From positions 2,976,001 through 3,040,000 of the forward strand of contig OU015569.1 of the NCBI GenBank assembly GCA_907165135.1: 64,000 nucleotides of DNA, in the 5' to 3' direction. The notes under the pieces were generated by a model that worked only from the letters and a program-made list of their open reading frames with translations, was not told the origin of the DNA and made no database searches. Of the stretch, positions 21,017 through 34,130 are shown in pieces; position 1 is the first letter of the stretch, and the number at the start of each line of letters is the position of its first letter. The position numbers were made by a program, and so were the translations under genes. The stretch comes from Oikopleura dioica (lineage: Eukaryota; Animalia; Chordata).

Positions 21017-21989
21017 CTCAGAAGAAGCGGGAACTGTGTCTTTTTCAGCGTCAAAAATGATGCACGGATCGACAGAGGTTTCCATTTTTTTCGGTGGAAC
21101 CTGGTCAGAAACAGTCTTTTCCTATAAAAACAAGTTAGTATCTTCAGACTCCCTTCCTTGACTTCAAAAACCCATCGCTACCTGAGGAGAAGCAGACACC
21201 TTGTCATTTTCGACGTTCTCGGGGTCGACAATGATGAATGGATCGACAGAGGTTTCCATTTTTTTCGCTGGAAGCTGTTCAGTAACAGTCTTTTCCTATA
21301 AGAAGCAATTATTATTCTCAAATTCTCTTCGTTGACCCCCTCAAAAACCCATCCTTACCTGAGGAGATGCAGGAAGTTTGTTGTTTTCAACATTTTCGGC
21401 GGAGAAAATCATGAACGGATCGACAGAAGTTTCGATGTTTTTGGATGAAAGCTGGTCAGTCACAATCGTTTCCTATAAAAACCAATTTGTATCTCCAAAT
21501 TCTTTAGAAACCCATGGTTACCTGAGGAGAAGCAGGCACTTTCTCTTTATCAACGTTTTCGGCGGAAAAAATGATGAACGGGTCGACAGAGGTGTCCATT
21601 TTTTTCGATGGAAGCTGTTCAGTCACAGTCGTTTCCTTTAAAAACCAGTCAGTATCGTCAAAGTTTGAAGTTCAAACTCTTCGTTGACCCTCTCAAAAAC
21701 CCACCCTTACCTGAGAAGATGAAACTTTCTCGGTTTTGACGTTTTCAGCGGAGAAAATGATGAACGGATCGACAGAGGTGTCCATTTTTTTCAATGAAAG
21801 CTGGTCAGTCACAGTCGTTTCCTATAAAAACCAGCTTGTATCTCCAACTTCTTTTCGATGACGTCAAAAAACCACCGTTACCTGGGTAGGAGCAGGCACT
21901 TCGACGTTGTCGTTTTCGATATTTTCGGTGGAGAAGATCATGAACGGGTCGGCAGAAGTTTCCATTTTTTCCGGTGAAAGATTTTCCAT
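21017..21989 (-). repeat. Tandem array of six duplicated exon+intron units encoding a 35-38 aa repeat
   Basis: Exons 21882-21989 (starts with ATG), 21711-21821, 21522-21635, 21359-21472, 21182-21295 and 21017-21121. All are phase 0 and multiples of 3, separated by homologous GT-AG introns of about 50-75 nt. Consensus ETTVTEQLPxKKM(E/D)TSVDPFIIFSAENVxxxKVPASPQ. Confidence 0.88.
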
Positions 21990-22701
21990 AATTAACTACG
22001 GTTCAGGATGCGTTCTGAAATCAAGGACTCTTTAAAAATGATCCACGGTTAGGGCTGTTAACTCATGGGCTGGCAATCGGGCTTTTTTTGCCAAAAATCT
22101 ACGTTTTTTTTCACTTTGCTTCCGAATTGCCACTTTTTCGGTATTTTCCCGAATAAATCACGTTAGTTACCAGTCCTGACTGTACTTCGACATTACTGAC
22201 AGCCCTGACTATCCTGAGACAAAGTTTCGAAGAAATTTTTGAAAATTTTACTTGTTGTTTAAAGCTTAATTTAATTAAATGACTCACAATGAGTAATCAA
22301 CCGAGGCAGTACCTAATCACGAAAAAAGGATTATCCATATTTACGTTTTTATCTCTTCAACTTACGTTTCCAAGGTGAGAAATCGGTGTTTCCTTCAGCG
22401 TGGCTGCGGTGGAATGAGCGCATTCTGACTTTTTGAAAACAAGAAACAAAAGTTCTAGAGAACCGAATGCAGTTGCGGCGCGCGCCGCTCCAAGTCTCGG
22501 AGTCTCGGAGTCAACAATTATGAAGAAAAAAAATCAAAAAAATGGTTATTATTAACTTTTGATGAAAATTAACAATATGAGTATGATAAGTTATAAGAGA
22601 TAACATCAATTAATTAAAAATTTATTAATATTGATAATTTGAATAATAATTATTAATAATTAATAAGATAATAACATATTTTTTAATAAAAATTACACAT
22701 C

Positions 22702-22915
22702 CTAACGGGTAATTTCCTTTAAAACGGCGCCATTTTAACGGATTTATTATTCCTCAGGTCACCAAAATAACGGATTTTAGAGTCTAAAATTTAGACCACC
22801 AGATTTGATAAATATACTTTAAAATTTTATAGAAAAATCCGTTGGAAAAGCGATCTTCTTGAGAAATCATAAACCCGTTAAAATGGAAATATCTTTGAGG
22901 AATTCGCCCGTTAAG
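22702..22915. mobile_element. Degenerate foldback/MITE related to 23294-23507
   Basis: Inverted subrepeats TAACGGG, CCATTTTAACGG and TAACGGATTTT on the left versus AAATCCGTT, CCGTTAAAATGG and CCCGTTA on the right. Confidence 0.5.
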
Positions 22916-23293
22916 ATGCGACCCCCTATAAATTTCAGGTTGATTTTCAAATCAATTTTCTTCGAGAGAGAGAATTAATTACTGTAAATAAGGAGTTGGC
23001 AATAACCAAACAGGTTTCTAATAAGTGGACAAAAGTAAGTACCTATTCTAGTGCAGCGTGACAAAGAAAAGAGACCGACCCTGCGCTGAATTATATATTT
23101 TCAGTGACAATGTACAAACCTTTTTAAAAATTAAGCCTCAGTACAGACAACAGGCAACTTAGCCATGGAAATTGCGAAAACTTAAAACAGAGAAAACGCT
23201 GGAAAATCACTGTCACTGCTAGAACTCGCGCCAGGTATTGAAAAACTAGAGTTTTTTTTAGCATTTCTGAGTCGTTTTCATTGTGAATTATGT

Positions 23294-23507
23294 GGTTCCC
23301 ATTTTAACGTGCAAATAATTCTGAGAGGCCTCCATTTTAATGGATTTGGATTCACTCAAAAGGGTCCTCTATTTAACGGATTTTCTAGCCCCAGGCTTAG
23401 CGTACCAACATTTCTGAAAATCCGTTAAATAGAGGACCCCTTTGAAAAAATTCAATTCCGTTAAAATGGGGTCATCTCAGAACCATTTGCCCGTTAAAAT
23501 GGGGACC
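23294..23507. mobile_element. Foldback (hairpin) MITE of about 215 bp
   Basis: Arm GGTTCCCATTTTAACG..TCTGAGA..CCATTTTAATGGA..AAAGGGTCCTCTATTTAACGGATTTT is mirrored by AAAATCCGTTAAATAGAGGACCCCTTT..CCGTTAAAATGG..TCTCAGA..CCGTTAAAATGGGGACC. Confidence 0.8.
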
Positions 23508-25725
23508 GATTTTATAAGAGAGGAAGTATGATTTTTTTTCATAGAGAAAAAAAACAAGATTTTCAAGCGATACGTAGGTAGATTTTGATAGAGAAAGAAT
23601 TCGAGAGAAAGAATTCGAATTGAGTTCTCATCAGAAGCGGATGATTATGTCCGGGCATTGTGGAATGCTTCTTGTGCTGCCGGTCTTCTCATTGTCACTC
23701 TCGATCTCATTTTGATTGATTGCGCCGCGGTGGGAAGGAGCTATTTTAATGAATTCTGAAATTTTCAACTTTCACTCGACCAAGAAAAAGTTGAGTAAAA
23801 GGATTACATCCCCAAGTCTCATTGAACAGATGGCTCCAATTAATTACCAATTCAAAAAATATGGATGAATATAATAACGAGAACTTATTTAATAGTAGAT
23901 ACAAATAATTTTTTTGAAGAAGCCGCTTCACGGCTCTTTTTACAAAAAAGCCGCTGCGCGGCTTTTGTCGAAACTCTTACAAAAGAAAAATATTTCTTGA
24001 GTTTTAGATTAAGAACTTTAGTTGAAGCGAATTTATGGTCTTGTCTTTTTTGATGAGAGCTTATCAACTGTCGCCGTTTTTTGATGGATGTTTGGGAGCG
24101 GGCTCGATAAAAATGCAGGTACAAATGTTCGATGCAGAAATTCTTGATTCTAGCGCTGAAATCAGAATAGACCAATTACAATTCACAAAGCGCGATTGTG
24201 GCGGTGCTGGTGGCGCTAAAGCTACTTCGGGTGGTGGCGCGCGCCACTCGCCAAAAAATATGAATCTCGCGAAAAAAAGGATAGCCAAGTTGTAACCATC
24301 CTCCTAGATCATCCTTACAGAGATACAGATAGCGACATTCTCATCTTACTGATACGAAAGTCTATAGTAGTGGCTGTTTTTGTAACTAACTTTGCGGTTC
24401 TGGAAGCAAGCGGCTTTGATAATGGTAAGAATTGTTCTTATTTCAATCATTTATTTTAATGCATTTTGGAAAGTTTCAACTTATCTATCATTTTTCCACA
24501 GCTGAGAGGTTTTTTTCAAAACTCAAGCACTCAAAAAAGCGTTCATGTCTCTTTATGAAACCGTCTCTTTGATTCGGACGAACTTAAGGGTCTCCCCGTA
24601 ATTCATATTTCGGTCCGATGTTTCTAGGAATATGACATCTGACAGCTGAGAAAGACTGTAGTCTATAGCGTACGTCAAGTTTTGTAAGCGCATCTTTATG
24701 AGGGCAAAGACTCCTTTGCTTTTTTTTTTCTTAGTTACGTTCGGAAAGCATTATTGATTATCTTGCGACTAGAAATATCTGCCTAAGAGAAAAGTAGGAA
24801 AGCTGCATCATCAGTGCTTCAAGAAAAGAGACACCAAGTGGAGTTGCTCCACAGAACTCGGCAATTAAGACAAAAGAACTATACCCGCCAGAAATTTTTA
24901 CCCATTGCATTTTTTTAACGAAGAGAAGAGAAACTAAGCAGCGTCAAGAACGGGGCTCAACTTCTACCAGTCACTCATAATTGAACATATAGATTCTTTA
25001 TTCATATAGTATTAGACAAGAAAGAAATGTAGTTTTGAAAGAGGAAAATTAGAAAATAAGAACTTATAAGTGGAAAGAAACTGATTTGTGAATTGTCAAT
25101 AGAAAAATACGATTTGATCTCGCTCTTTGAAGATAGAATTTTTGCAAGAGAAGATATTTTTACGAACTAACGAAGAAAAAGAAAGGCCTCAAACTTCGCG
25201 GCCATTGCCAGAACAGGGCAAGTCCTTTTTTTTTGCTCGGATGAAGATTCCATTTGGATGAAATCGGAATTCTGTAAGTATGGAATATCGACTGGATATT
25301 CACTCAAGAGAACTTTTTTCCGCAAAGGGTCCGCCAAGAGATGCTCATTTCCAGGCCTTCGTCAGACACTGCTGCAGGATCTGCAGAAAATCGAAGCACT
25401 GACTACTGGCAGGAGAAATAACTCAGCCTCCCCTCGGTGGCTGCAGGACGTTTCCACGAGGCTTTATGCTGCTGCATCTTTTGCCACGTTTGGGTTAGCT
25501 TCGCATGAGAAATCATAATTGACAAGTAATTTAAAAGAATAACTCGCCCGGAGAATTTGAATGCGCTTATGTGTATAAATTAACGCTAAACCGGTTACAA
25601 CTAATTAGCTCGCCCTCTGTTGCCGGGATTTAATAGACCCTTCCTGGGGCAAGAATTGAGACTCTTTTCGCGGCTTCGAGCAAAATAAGGCCGAAAAAGC
25701 CGCGCTCCGAGCGGCTTACTTTCGA

Positions 25726-25863
25726 CAGTGCTGAAAAAGTCACGAATGTCACGAATGTAACGAATGTCACGAATGTCACGAAAACATGTTTCTTTTTCGT
25801 GACATTTTCAGCAAAATCGTGACATTCGTGACTTTTGTGACATTCGTGACATTTTCAGTACTG
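25726..25863. mobile_element. Small MITE with 9-bp subterminal repeats
   Basis: TIR CAGT(G/A)CTGAAAA. Tandem GTCACGAAT copies on the left arm and inverted ATTCGTGAC copies on the right. Flanked by AAGCCGC-n-GCGGCTT mini-hairpins. Confidence 0.75.
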
Positions 25864-27820
25864 ACCCTTACTTTTCTCTTACTCGAAGCCGCAAGCGGCT
25901 TCTCGATTCTCACGATGTTAAAGGAGCAATTCTCCTTCCAGATCAAGTTAAAATTCCCCCCCCCCAGGCGTGTTTTCAGGTCTCCTTGCGCAAGAAGAGT
26001 AAATTTTCATTTCTACAATTGTGTGGCATTGTCACGACGCATCTGCGCCCGAAAGAATTAAAAAAAGTAAATATTTGTGCATTTCCATTTTTCTACTTGC
26101 AATAAAAGTGGCGTCGAAACAAAGCGCCAGCAGGGTACAATATCCGGCCCTTGCAGAAAAACATTTTCAGTTTTAATTTTAAATCATCTCAGTACTCTCA
26201 AATCAGAGAACATTTATGTAGAAGCGGCGAATAAAGAAAGTATCAAGAGGTAAAAAAAAGTAACATTTTGATTCATTTTCTACAACGCCGTTCTAAATTC
26301 CTGATCTCTAATTTAATTAGATATTTATTTGAAAATATCTTCTTGATTTTGAAAAATTAATTTTACTTCATGACATTTTTAAGAAGATTTTAAGGAAGTT
26401 TGAGGTAAGTTTGACCACTAACCCCTTAAAAATCAACATATGTCGGGATAGAGCTAAATTTGTTGACCCTTATTTAGCAGTATTTTAGCTGGAAAGTTCA
26501 GAGTTCCTTTCGAATTCTAATGCAAAAGAGGCGAAAGGGACACGCGCCCGAGGGCACTTGAGAATGAGATAGCACAATTCACACAAATAAATCGACTGTT
26601 ACAGCCTGATACAAAAGGCCAAACAAGCGGCAAATTATTTTTGTCTCTGACTGTATAAACTATCCTCTCTTCTTTTACAGGCGCTTTGAAATAACAGGTT
26701 TTCAAAAACAGGAGAGGTGACTTCAAACGGCAAATTAGAAAGTATAAAAATTGATCAGCGCGGTTCCTACCTTTGTCTCTTCCTAAAGGAAACTACTTAC
26801 TACTGAAGAACATATTTTCAAGAAAAGATTTTTGTACTTTGCAATTTAAATTACCGAAAATAGCGCTTACTATTACTTTTTAGGCCCTGGCAGCGACGCA
26901 ACTTCTAATTAACGACCAAGGTAATTATTACTATTGTCTACTCTAAAAACTGTATATTTTAAAGTTCCATGAACTTTATGTAAGACAGACTATGCTACTA
27001 TACTAAATCTGTATATAAATATTGGAATTCGTGCACAGAACGGATGCTTCATTCTGCATTGTCCAGAGACCAAACTCTTTTTAATTACATTTCAAGAGAC
27101 TTCTAATTAAACTTTTTTACAGTTATCGAAACAGAGTAGGTCTTGGACTGATTTTCAACTGCTTGTTACACCCATAAACCGATACCCCTTTTTAAAACAG
27201 CCCATAACCCTAATGCGAACCCTAACACTAGGTAGCCTTTATCAAGTTGAATTGTTTCTGCGATAGTGGCACTCGTCGCGGGGCAAATCCAATTTATGAC
27301 AAGGTGATTCTCATCAGAAGGAGCAGAACATTGTTCGTGGTGACAATTGTTAACTTAAAGTGTGATACAACGTAGTTAAGCCATTACTTCGGGATTGACA
27401 CTTCAGCAAAAAAAGACAAATCCCATTTATCTCTCCTCACTGTTAGAGATCAATTCAGCCACCCACCGACATTCCACCAATGACAGTAATTACAGTAGTC
27501 CGTTTTGAGAGAAGGCCTTTTAGGAAACCCAAAATGATTCGAATTTCTAGAGCTCTTTTTTCATATTGAAACAGTGGTCTTTTCTTGGCGGAACAAAGGT
27601 CTGATGCTGGCTGACCTTGAGTGCAGTTATGAAAATCAGTCTTTTTGGACAAAACCGATCAGACTAAAGCATCTTTGAAATCGCGGCGGGGGGCGTTCCA
27701 TTATGTATTCTTCTATACTTATTTTTACTCCGCCACTGGCCCCTAAGAAAAAACGCGATTTCGATAGTCAACGAAATTCACCAAAATTCGAGAATCATTA
27801 AACTCAGCTTTTCAGTAACA

Positions 27821-30800
27821 ATGGTCAACAACAACAAAAGTCAAGAACACAACTCGAACTCGACTTCTTCCAGTGGTAAGTCAAACTGTCCATAAAAACC
27901 TCTTGTTCTGTCTTTTTTTTTTCGCAGCAAAGAAAAGCCCCAAAGTCATTTTTTTCGTAGACAGAGAGGCGAATCTGTTTTACTGCTATTTAAATCGCCA
28001 GCCGTACCCTTAAGTAGATGTCACAAGTATTTCATCTTTCTTCTACTGACATTATTTTCGCCGCAGATAATTGCGATTCGCCCTGTCCTCTGTCTTGAGA
28101 GAAGCCTCCTTAGACGAAAAGTGATATTTTGATTTTTGGCTAAAGGAGACAAGTGTTTTGTTTTTTGGCGTTATGCGTTATTGATAGTGTCGGATGCGAG
28201 CGTAAGGTTTCGGATTGATAAACTCCAAAAACGCCACCTTTCGACGATTGTCAACAGTTTTGTTTTTCAGCTTCTTGTTACGAGTCGCACGATTTTTAGC
28301 TTGTTTCTGCGAAATAATGACTTGACAATTTTTTTAATTATTTTCAATTTTTACGAAATCGGAAAATTAGTAGCTTATGAAAACTGAGAGCGGATGAACA
28401 AGTGCTTCAAGCTCATAAAAGTGGCTGGAAGGTGTGCTCGCTGCTCGAGATTCTAGAGCTGAATAAATACATAATCCAAGATTCTTTCTGCAATGTTTCG
28501 CCTGGGCGCACTATCCGGCGGGACAAAGTACCGCGCATACGAAAATGTTGAACGTATTTGTATTTTTGTGATTTCTTCAATTCTTTTGCATTGACTCTGC
28601 CTAAACGGCGGAGAATCTACTCACGCCCTTTCTTACTGAGAGTCTGAAACTGAATTATTGTCTCTCAATTTATCGACCAATATAGTGACTAGTGTAGACT
28701 ACGCTGTGGAGTAGACTGAAAGATAATTCCAGCTGATAAACTTTTTCCCAATTTTTCACTTTATTCTTTCAGGAGAACTGGAGGAACCAACCAAAGAGGA
28801 AAAGGGATCTTCCCCAGAGTCATCCGAGCGTCGAACCGGCAGCGAGGAGAGCGATGAAATCAACACGAGCCTCAGCTCGCTCCCACAATCACATGCACAG
28901 TTTCCCTTCAGCAAGCTCTATCCAGCGCTTGTCAACCAACAGGAACTCAACAAACAGCTGGTAGGTCGTCTAACACTCCAATGAGCGCTTGCTTTAATTT
29001 TTCTAATTATTTGAATAATCCAGCTCGATGCTTTTGAATATTTGATTTGCAGGTGTTCCTGCCTCAACTTTTATCAGGGCGAAAATAAAACTCAATGGGT
29101 CGAGTTTTGAGTTGAAATTAAAATTTTAGCGTCGATGCAAAATGGGCATATTAGGGCTGGAATTATCCTCTCGACATTCCCATTCAGCCGCGAAAAAGTA
29201 ACAAGTAGTGCCACTTGAGATTGATTTTTTGGGAGGAACTTCGGAAAATAGGAACACCTCTGAATAGCTGCTTGTTATACACTTGAAAATTAGAAAATCA
29301 ACTTTCGATTCCACCTGGCGCCTCTTTTTCTTCATTCAAAATAGTTTCGTTTCAGCTATTTTTTGCCTACCCCTTACCTGTGTCAAAAATCTGAGTCAGG
29401 TTCTAAAGAACCTAAATGAAAAGCCGCGTAGCGGCTTTTTTAAATAAGAAGTCGCGAAGCGGCTTCGCAATAAATATAATCATTTCAAATTATAATTACT
29501 CACTGGCGAAGCCGCTTCGCGGCTTTAATTTAGGCTCTTGAAAACCTGACTCAGGTCTTCTACACAGGCTACCGAGCCCTTACCCTAACCCTTACCCTAA
29601 CCTCAACCAGGATGAAGCTTAATTTTGGCGAAAACGCAGAGCTTGAAATCTCCAAGAGCAGTTGGCCCTTGAGCTCATTCTTTGTGGGAATATTTTGGAA
29701 TTGTGTATTCTAGCCAAATGTTTTGTGAAATTCTGCACAACGCGGCGGTGCGCTTTGATCCTCTCCGCCCGGCCGAACAAAATGATTTTGACAAGTTTTA
29801 GAAAAATGTTTTATTCTCTCCTCGGCGCCACGGCGGTGCAATTTAAAAACAAAAAAAAGCGTTTTGTTTCTGATTTATTTTTTCTATATCTTACTTAATG
29901 CTAAGTATTGATTGATTGTTTTAGAATGCCGAGAGGAGCCAGTCCGACATTTCCGCGATGGAGAAGCAGCTACAGGAGCAGGCCTCCGAGCTAGACATAC
30001 TGAGGACGCAAGTGGCCGTAAGTAAACACCAGATGACAATTTAATGTCACAGTTACAGTCACTTGCCATGCTTTCCGAGCACGCTTTGTTTTCTCATTTG
30101 ACAAAACGTTTGCCTTGAGAATGCTTTCGTCGCGCGAATGCCCTTTATTTTCGCGTTTTTCAAAGGAATACGGCGTTAATTGAATTATCTGTATCTAAAT
30201 GTATAAAAGACTCAATGAGGATGAAAACTATTTTTGCGAATAGAAAGAGTTTTCAACCCTTTGTTCGACTAAAAGATGTCTTTCTATCAAACGTCTGTAT
30301 TCTACGACAAGTGTTTATTTTTCCGTCTGAAGAGTGTTTTCCTTTTCGATTACAATAAAGAGCGCGCGTAAGGAATAATTGAATTCTTCTTGTCAGCGCT
30401 GGAGGAAGGTGGCGTCTTTCTTGCTTGACTGATAACTGCGGTTTTATTGACAATTTCTCCTTTGTGACAATTTCAAAAGTGCCACTCTCAATGTCGATTG
30501 TGGTTTGTCCAGCAGGCGCTGCATAATTCATCCCCTCCGACGCTTTACGGATTATACTTTAATTAACAATCCCAAATGTCCGACAAGCCGCTTTTCAACC
30601 CATCTTTCAACAGAATCGAGCGCCATTATCTTGCCCAAATTATTTTCCTTTCGCTCAAAGAATGCTTGTATTCAAAATTTAATTCGCGATTGACCTTTCT
30701 TTAACCTGAGATAGAAATGAAAATAATAAATAGAAATCAGATCTCTTAGTTATAGAAGTTTTATTATACAGAAGATTTTTCAAGTATTCGTTCTGTTTCA

Positions 30801-32762
30801 ATGACTTTCAATTTGCATACACGGTAAAAGCACAATTGACTCTGTTGGAGTTTTTGCTTCATTTAATTCAACAAACATAAGTTTTGCTCTTCTGAACTGA
30901 TTATGTAGCAATGAGTGACCGAAAGAGGGCGCAACTCGATGCAAGTTCGCAGCGGGTGATCGGCCTAGTTTTCGAAATTGTAGTCAAAATCTGATTCCGA
31001 ACGATCCAATTTTTATAATTTTAGTCTTCTTGACTTAGATCAATTAACGGCAACGATCTTTAGGATCAACACTCACTTTCTTTTGAATACTAAACCTTAC
31101 TTTCTAGCTGCTTCAAAAAGGCGCCGTAATGCAGCAACAGTCGATGAAGTTTCCCACGACGCCAATCGGGCAGAGTCCCTTCCTGCTCCGCGCGCTGATA
31201 GGTGAGTCCTCCTTGATTTCAAACCGTCTGCGTTTTTTATTGTGTTGGGCGTGAGTGTTATCTGCACTGTCAATGTCTCCAGTTTTCTTTGATCTTTTGA
31301 ATGGAAAAAAGGGGAGAATACCTGCGGGCGATTTATGTTGCTTTTTATGGGCGCATTTTAGACCTGGCTTCAATAGTTTTATTCTCGATCTATCAAACAA
31401 TGTCGCCCATTGTGTCGTTTTATAATCAAATGCTTTCAGGAAATCAGCTGTTGCACGCTAGCGATCACATGCAGCAGCAGCTAAACCAGACCTCGCCGCT
31501 GCAAGAAGTAAGCCAGCTAAATCTACTCTCCAACCAACAAGCGCTCAATCACCAGGTAATGTCCGTTTGCTAAAGGAGAATCATGATCACCAGGTGGCGC
31601 TAAAATGACCAATCACAGCGCTCAAAATCAATGCAAGACTGCTTTTTCCACCCTCGAAGCTGCTCTTCTATCATCAATTTTATTCAGGCAAATCTTCTGT
31701 CGCAGCTAAAACAGCCTCTGTATCAGATGGCTCGCTCGTTCAGTCCGTCCCAGCCAAGCATGAGTCCAACGAAGATTCCAATCACAAGTCGTCCTAGTTG
31801 TCACTTCAGCGCTGCGAAAACAGCTTCTCTTCCGTCCCAGGCACAATCCCCGATCGAACTTGCGCAGCAAAACTTGGTCCTATTCGTAAGCTCCTTACTC
31901 TTTACTTAATCTCCTGACTTCTATCCTCACCTCAAGGCGTCAATAGATTCTTTTAGTCCTCCCAGATCGGAAAATCTGATCCCGAGAACAGACGAAATTC
32001 TCCCAGTCCTCCCACAAAAACACACGGCCGTAAGTGTTCCATTTTTTAATTTAACATATTTTATATAAATCTATTTCCTCCAAATAAATTAAACTTAGAA
32101 TCGCCGTACGAGACAAAAATTTACCGCGAACCGCGAAAAAACGCATCTGAACACATAAAACGACCAATGAACGCGTTTATGGTCTGGGCGAAGGATGAAA
32201 GGCGAAAGATTTTAACGCAAAATCCAGACATGCACAATTCAAATATTTCAAAAATTCTAGGCTCCAGGTACGTCGAGTAATACAAATGACGAAAAATGTG
32301 GTTTGTAGTACAGATTTCGTTTTCCATAAACTTTCCTTGACTCGTGGTTAATTTTAAGCCCCGAGGTAACAAGAATTTAAGATGGAAACAAATGTCCCCT
32401 GAACAAAAGCAACCATATTACGAGGAACAAGCGAGACTATCCAAAGCGCACATGCAAAAGTACCCAGACTACAAATACAAGCCCAGGCCGAAGCGCACTT
32501 GCATCCACAATGGCAAGAAAATGAGGATATCAGAGTACAAGGTAGACTCATCCTCCATGTCAAAGCTTAACTTGATCAGGCGCTGATGAAGCAGAAGAAG
32601 GAATCCTTGGGGCACAAATTTCCCTCGATGGACACAGTCGATCTGGTAAGCAAAAGAATCATCACTATTGAACTGGAAAATAGCAGCTTACTTCAGGAAT
32701 TCCCCTCGAGCCCGCCTGACATGGTGATTCAAGAAATGCAGCCAGAAGTAGAAACCGAGTAA
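27821..32762 (+). CDS. SoxD: SoxD (Sox5/6/13 group) HMG-box transcription factor
   Basis: HMG box [39 protein letters not shown]|[50 protein letters not shown] is diagnostic of group D. Upstream exons 27821-27875, about 28773-28960, a coiled-coil exon [21 protein letters not shown] at about 29926-30018, and Q-rich exons at 31400-31890. Upstream exon joining is partly inferred. Confidence 0.92.
29378..29568. mobile_element. MITE in a SoxD intron
   Basis: TIR CCTGTGTCAAAAATCTGAGTCAGGTT versus the reverse complement of AACCTGACTCAGGTCTTCTACACAGG. Internal AAGCCGC-n-GCGGCTT hairpins. Adjacent to CCCTTA/CCCTAA repeats. Confidence 0.8.
29577..29602 (-). repeat. Short telomere-like repeat (alternating CCCTTA/CCCTAA)
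   Basis: CCCTTACCCTAACCCTTACCCTAACC read directly from the sequence. Confidence 0.6.
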
Positions 32763-34130
32763 CCAACAACTTTTCCCAAAACAAATGTAATAGAAATGTC
32801 GCCGATCAGTAAAAATGCCTGTACTCTTCAATAATCTGTGCGAATAATCCCTAGCCCGCCAAGGGCCGACCCTCTATGATGTACACAAATCTGTAAATCT
32901 AATAAAAGTTCAGTGTACTGTAATTTTGTCTTTTCTATTATGAGAAAGGCGGGATGGTTTCAAAAATTAAATTGATAGAAAAAACGGGCGCCTATATAAA
33001 AATTAGACCAAAAATCATTAATGCAGATGAGCTTCTAAATGTGCGAATTAAACACGAGTCGAATGATGATCCCTTTGATCTGAGATTGAGTAGTAAAGGC
33101 CCGTAAGTAACTGAAGTTCGCCCCGGGGCGTTCATCCCTCTCCCAGCGCTAAGGTGACTTTCCAGAAATGTGGCAAGCCCGTGTCTTCGACTCAGCCGGA
33201 CATTTAAGAGAGCTAGAGTGGATCACCCTCGGAGATGTCGTCCCAATATATACAACTTGTCCGAAAGCAGGTAAGCGCAAATTGATCATCCTCAAATTCA
33301 AAATTCGCCAAATTCTAGAGCCCAAAAGAGAGAATCAAAAAAGATGGCTACCACTTGATTCGGCACGGCGCTAAAAAGAAGTCGAAGAGAATCAGTGACG
33401 AAGAACAAGATTCGGACAACGAAGATTCTCAAACTTCAATCAAGGAATCTCTGAAAGGTACAACACGAGCTGTTATGTCAATTTAGCTGGAAATTTTGGG
33501 CTTAAAATTTTACCTAGGAAAGCAATTATTTAGCTTATAATTATCTTATTTAGCTGTTTTCAAACTTTCTTCAGTGACAATTTTTGGTTGACTTGTATTT
33601 TCTTGAAACTGAAATCAAAAAAGTAAATGGAACCCAAATGTTGTGGTCTATCCTTAGGCAGATTTGGCGGTTATCTTCTTAACACGCTCACCATGTAAAA
33701 CTTATCTTTCGATGTCCTCGAATGTCCCGCGCCGGTTTTCCGGAGCAGCGGGCCCAAATCTGCCGCAGCTCTAAATTAACCCGGCTCAAGAATATTTCTT
33801 CTTCGATCTGATTTTCATCCATAGAGAACGTGTTCATGTATCTGCCGCGAAAAGCACTGCCATTCTTCAAAATCGTGTTATCCGTTGGGATCATTTTGAT
33901 GCTATGCTTGATCTACGAAAACTCCGGAGGTAGGAAAAATCGATGGAAAAGTTATATAAGATTTTATATAAGAAGTTATATAAGATTTTGAGAATATATT
34001 CTATGCTGATAGGGCAGAGATTTTGCACCGTATTTAGGCAGAATTCAAATTTGAAGCTTCAATAATCTAATATTAAAAAAAACATGAATACTGACATGTT
34101 TCTATTCAAGACACGCTTCAAATCGACAAC

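Noticed and set aside
21017-21989. Possible CRISPR-like or non-coding repeat-spacer array
   Set aside because: Context is eukaryotic, the units are homologous along their whole length, there are no cas genes, and each unit resolves into an exon and a GT-AG intron.
23630-24400. Possible spliced gene on the minus strand (GEWRAPPPEVALAPPAPPQSRF; IKNFCIEHLYLHFYRARS)
   Set aside because: I could not build a consistent in-frame exon chain or recognise a domain.
30253-31400. Antisense ORFs inside SoxD introns (30253-30531, 31113-31400)
   Set aside because: They are short with no motifs or supporting splice pattern, so likely chance ORFs.
33020-33900. Exon-like segments on both strands between SoxD and ABHD14
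   Set aside because: Splice sites are present, but no coherent protein or family could be assembled.
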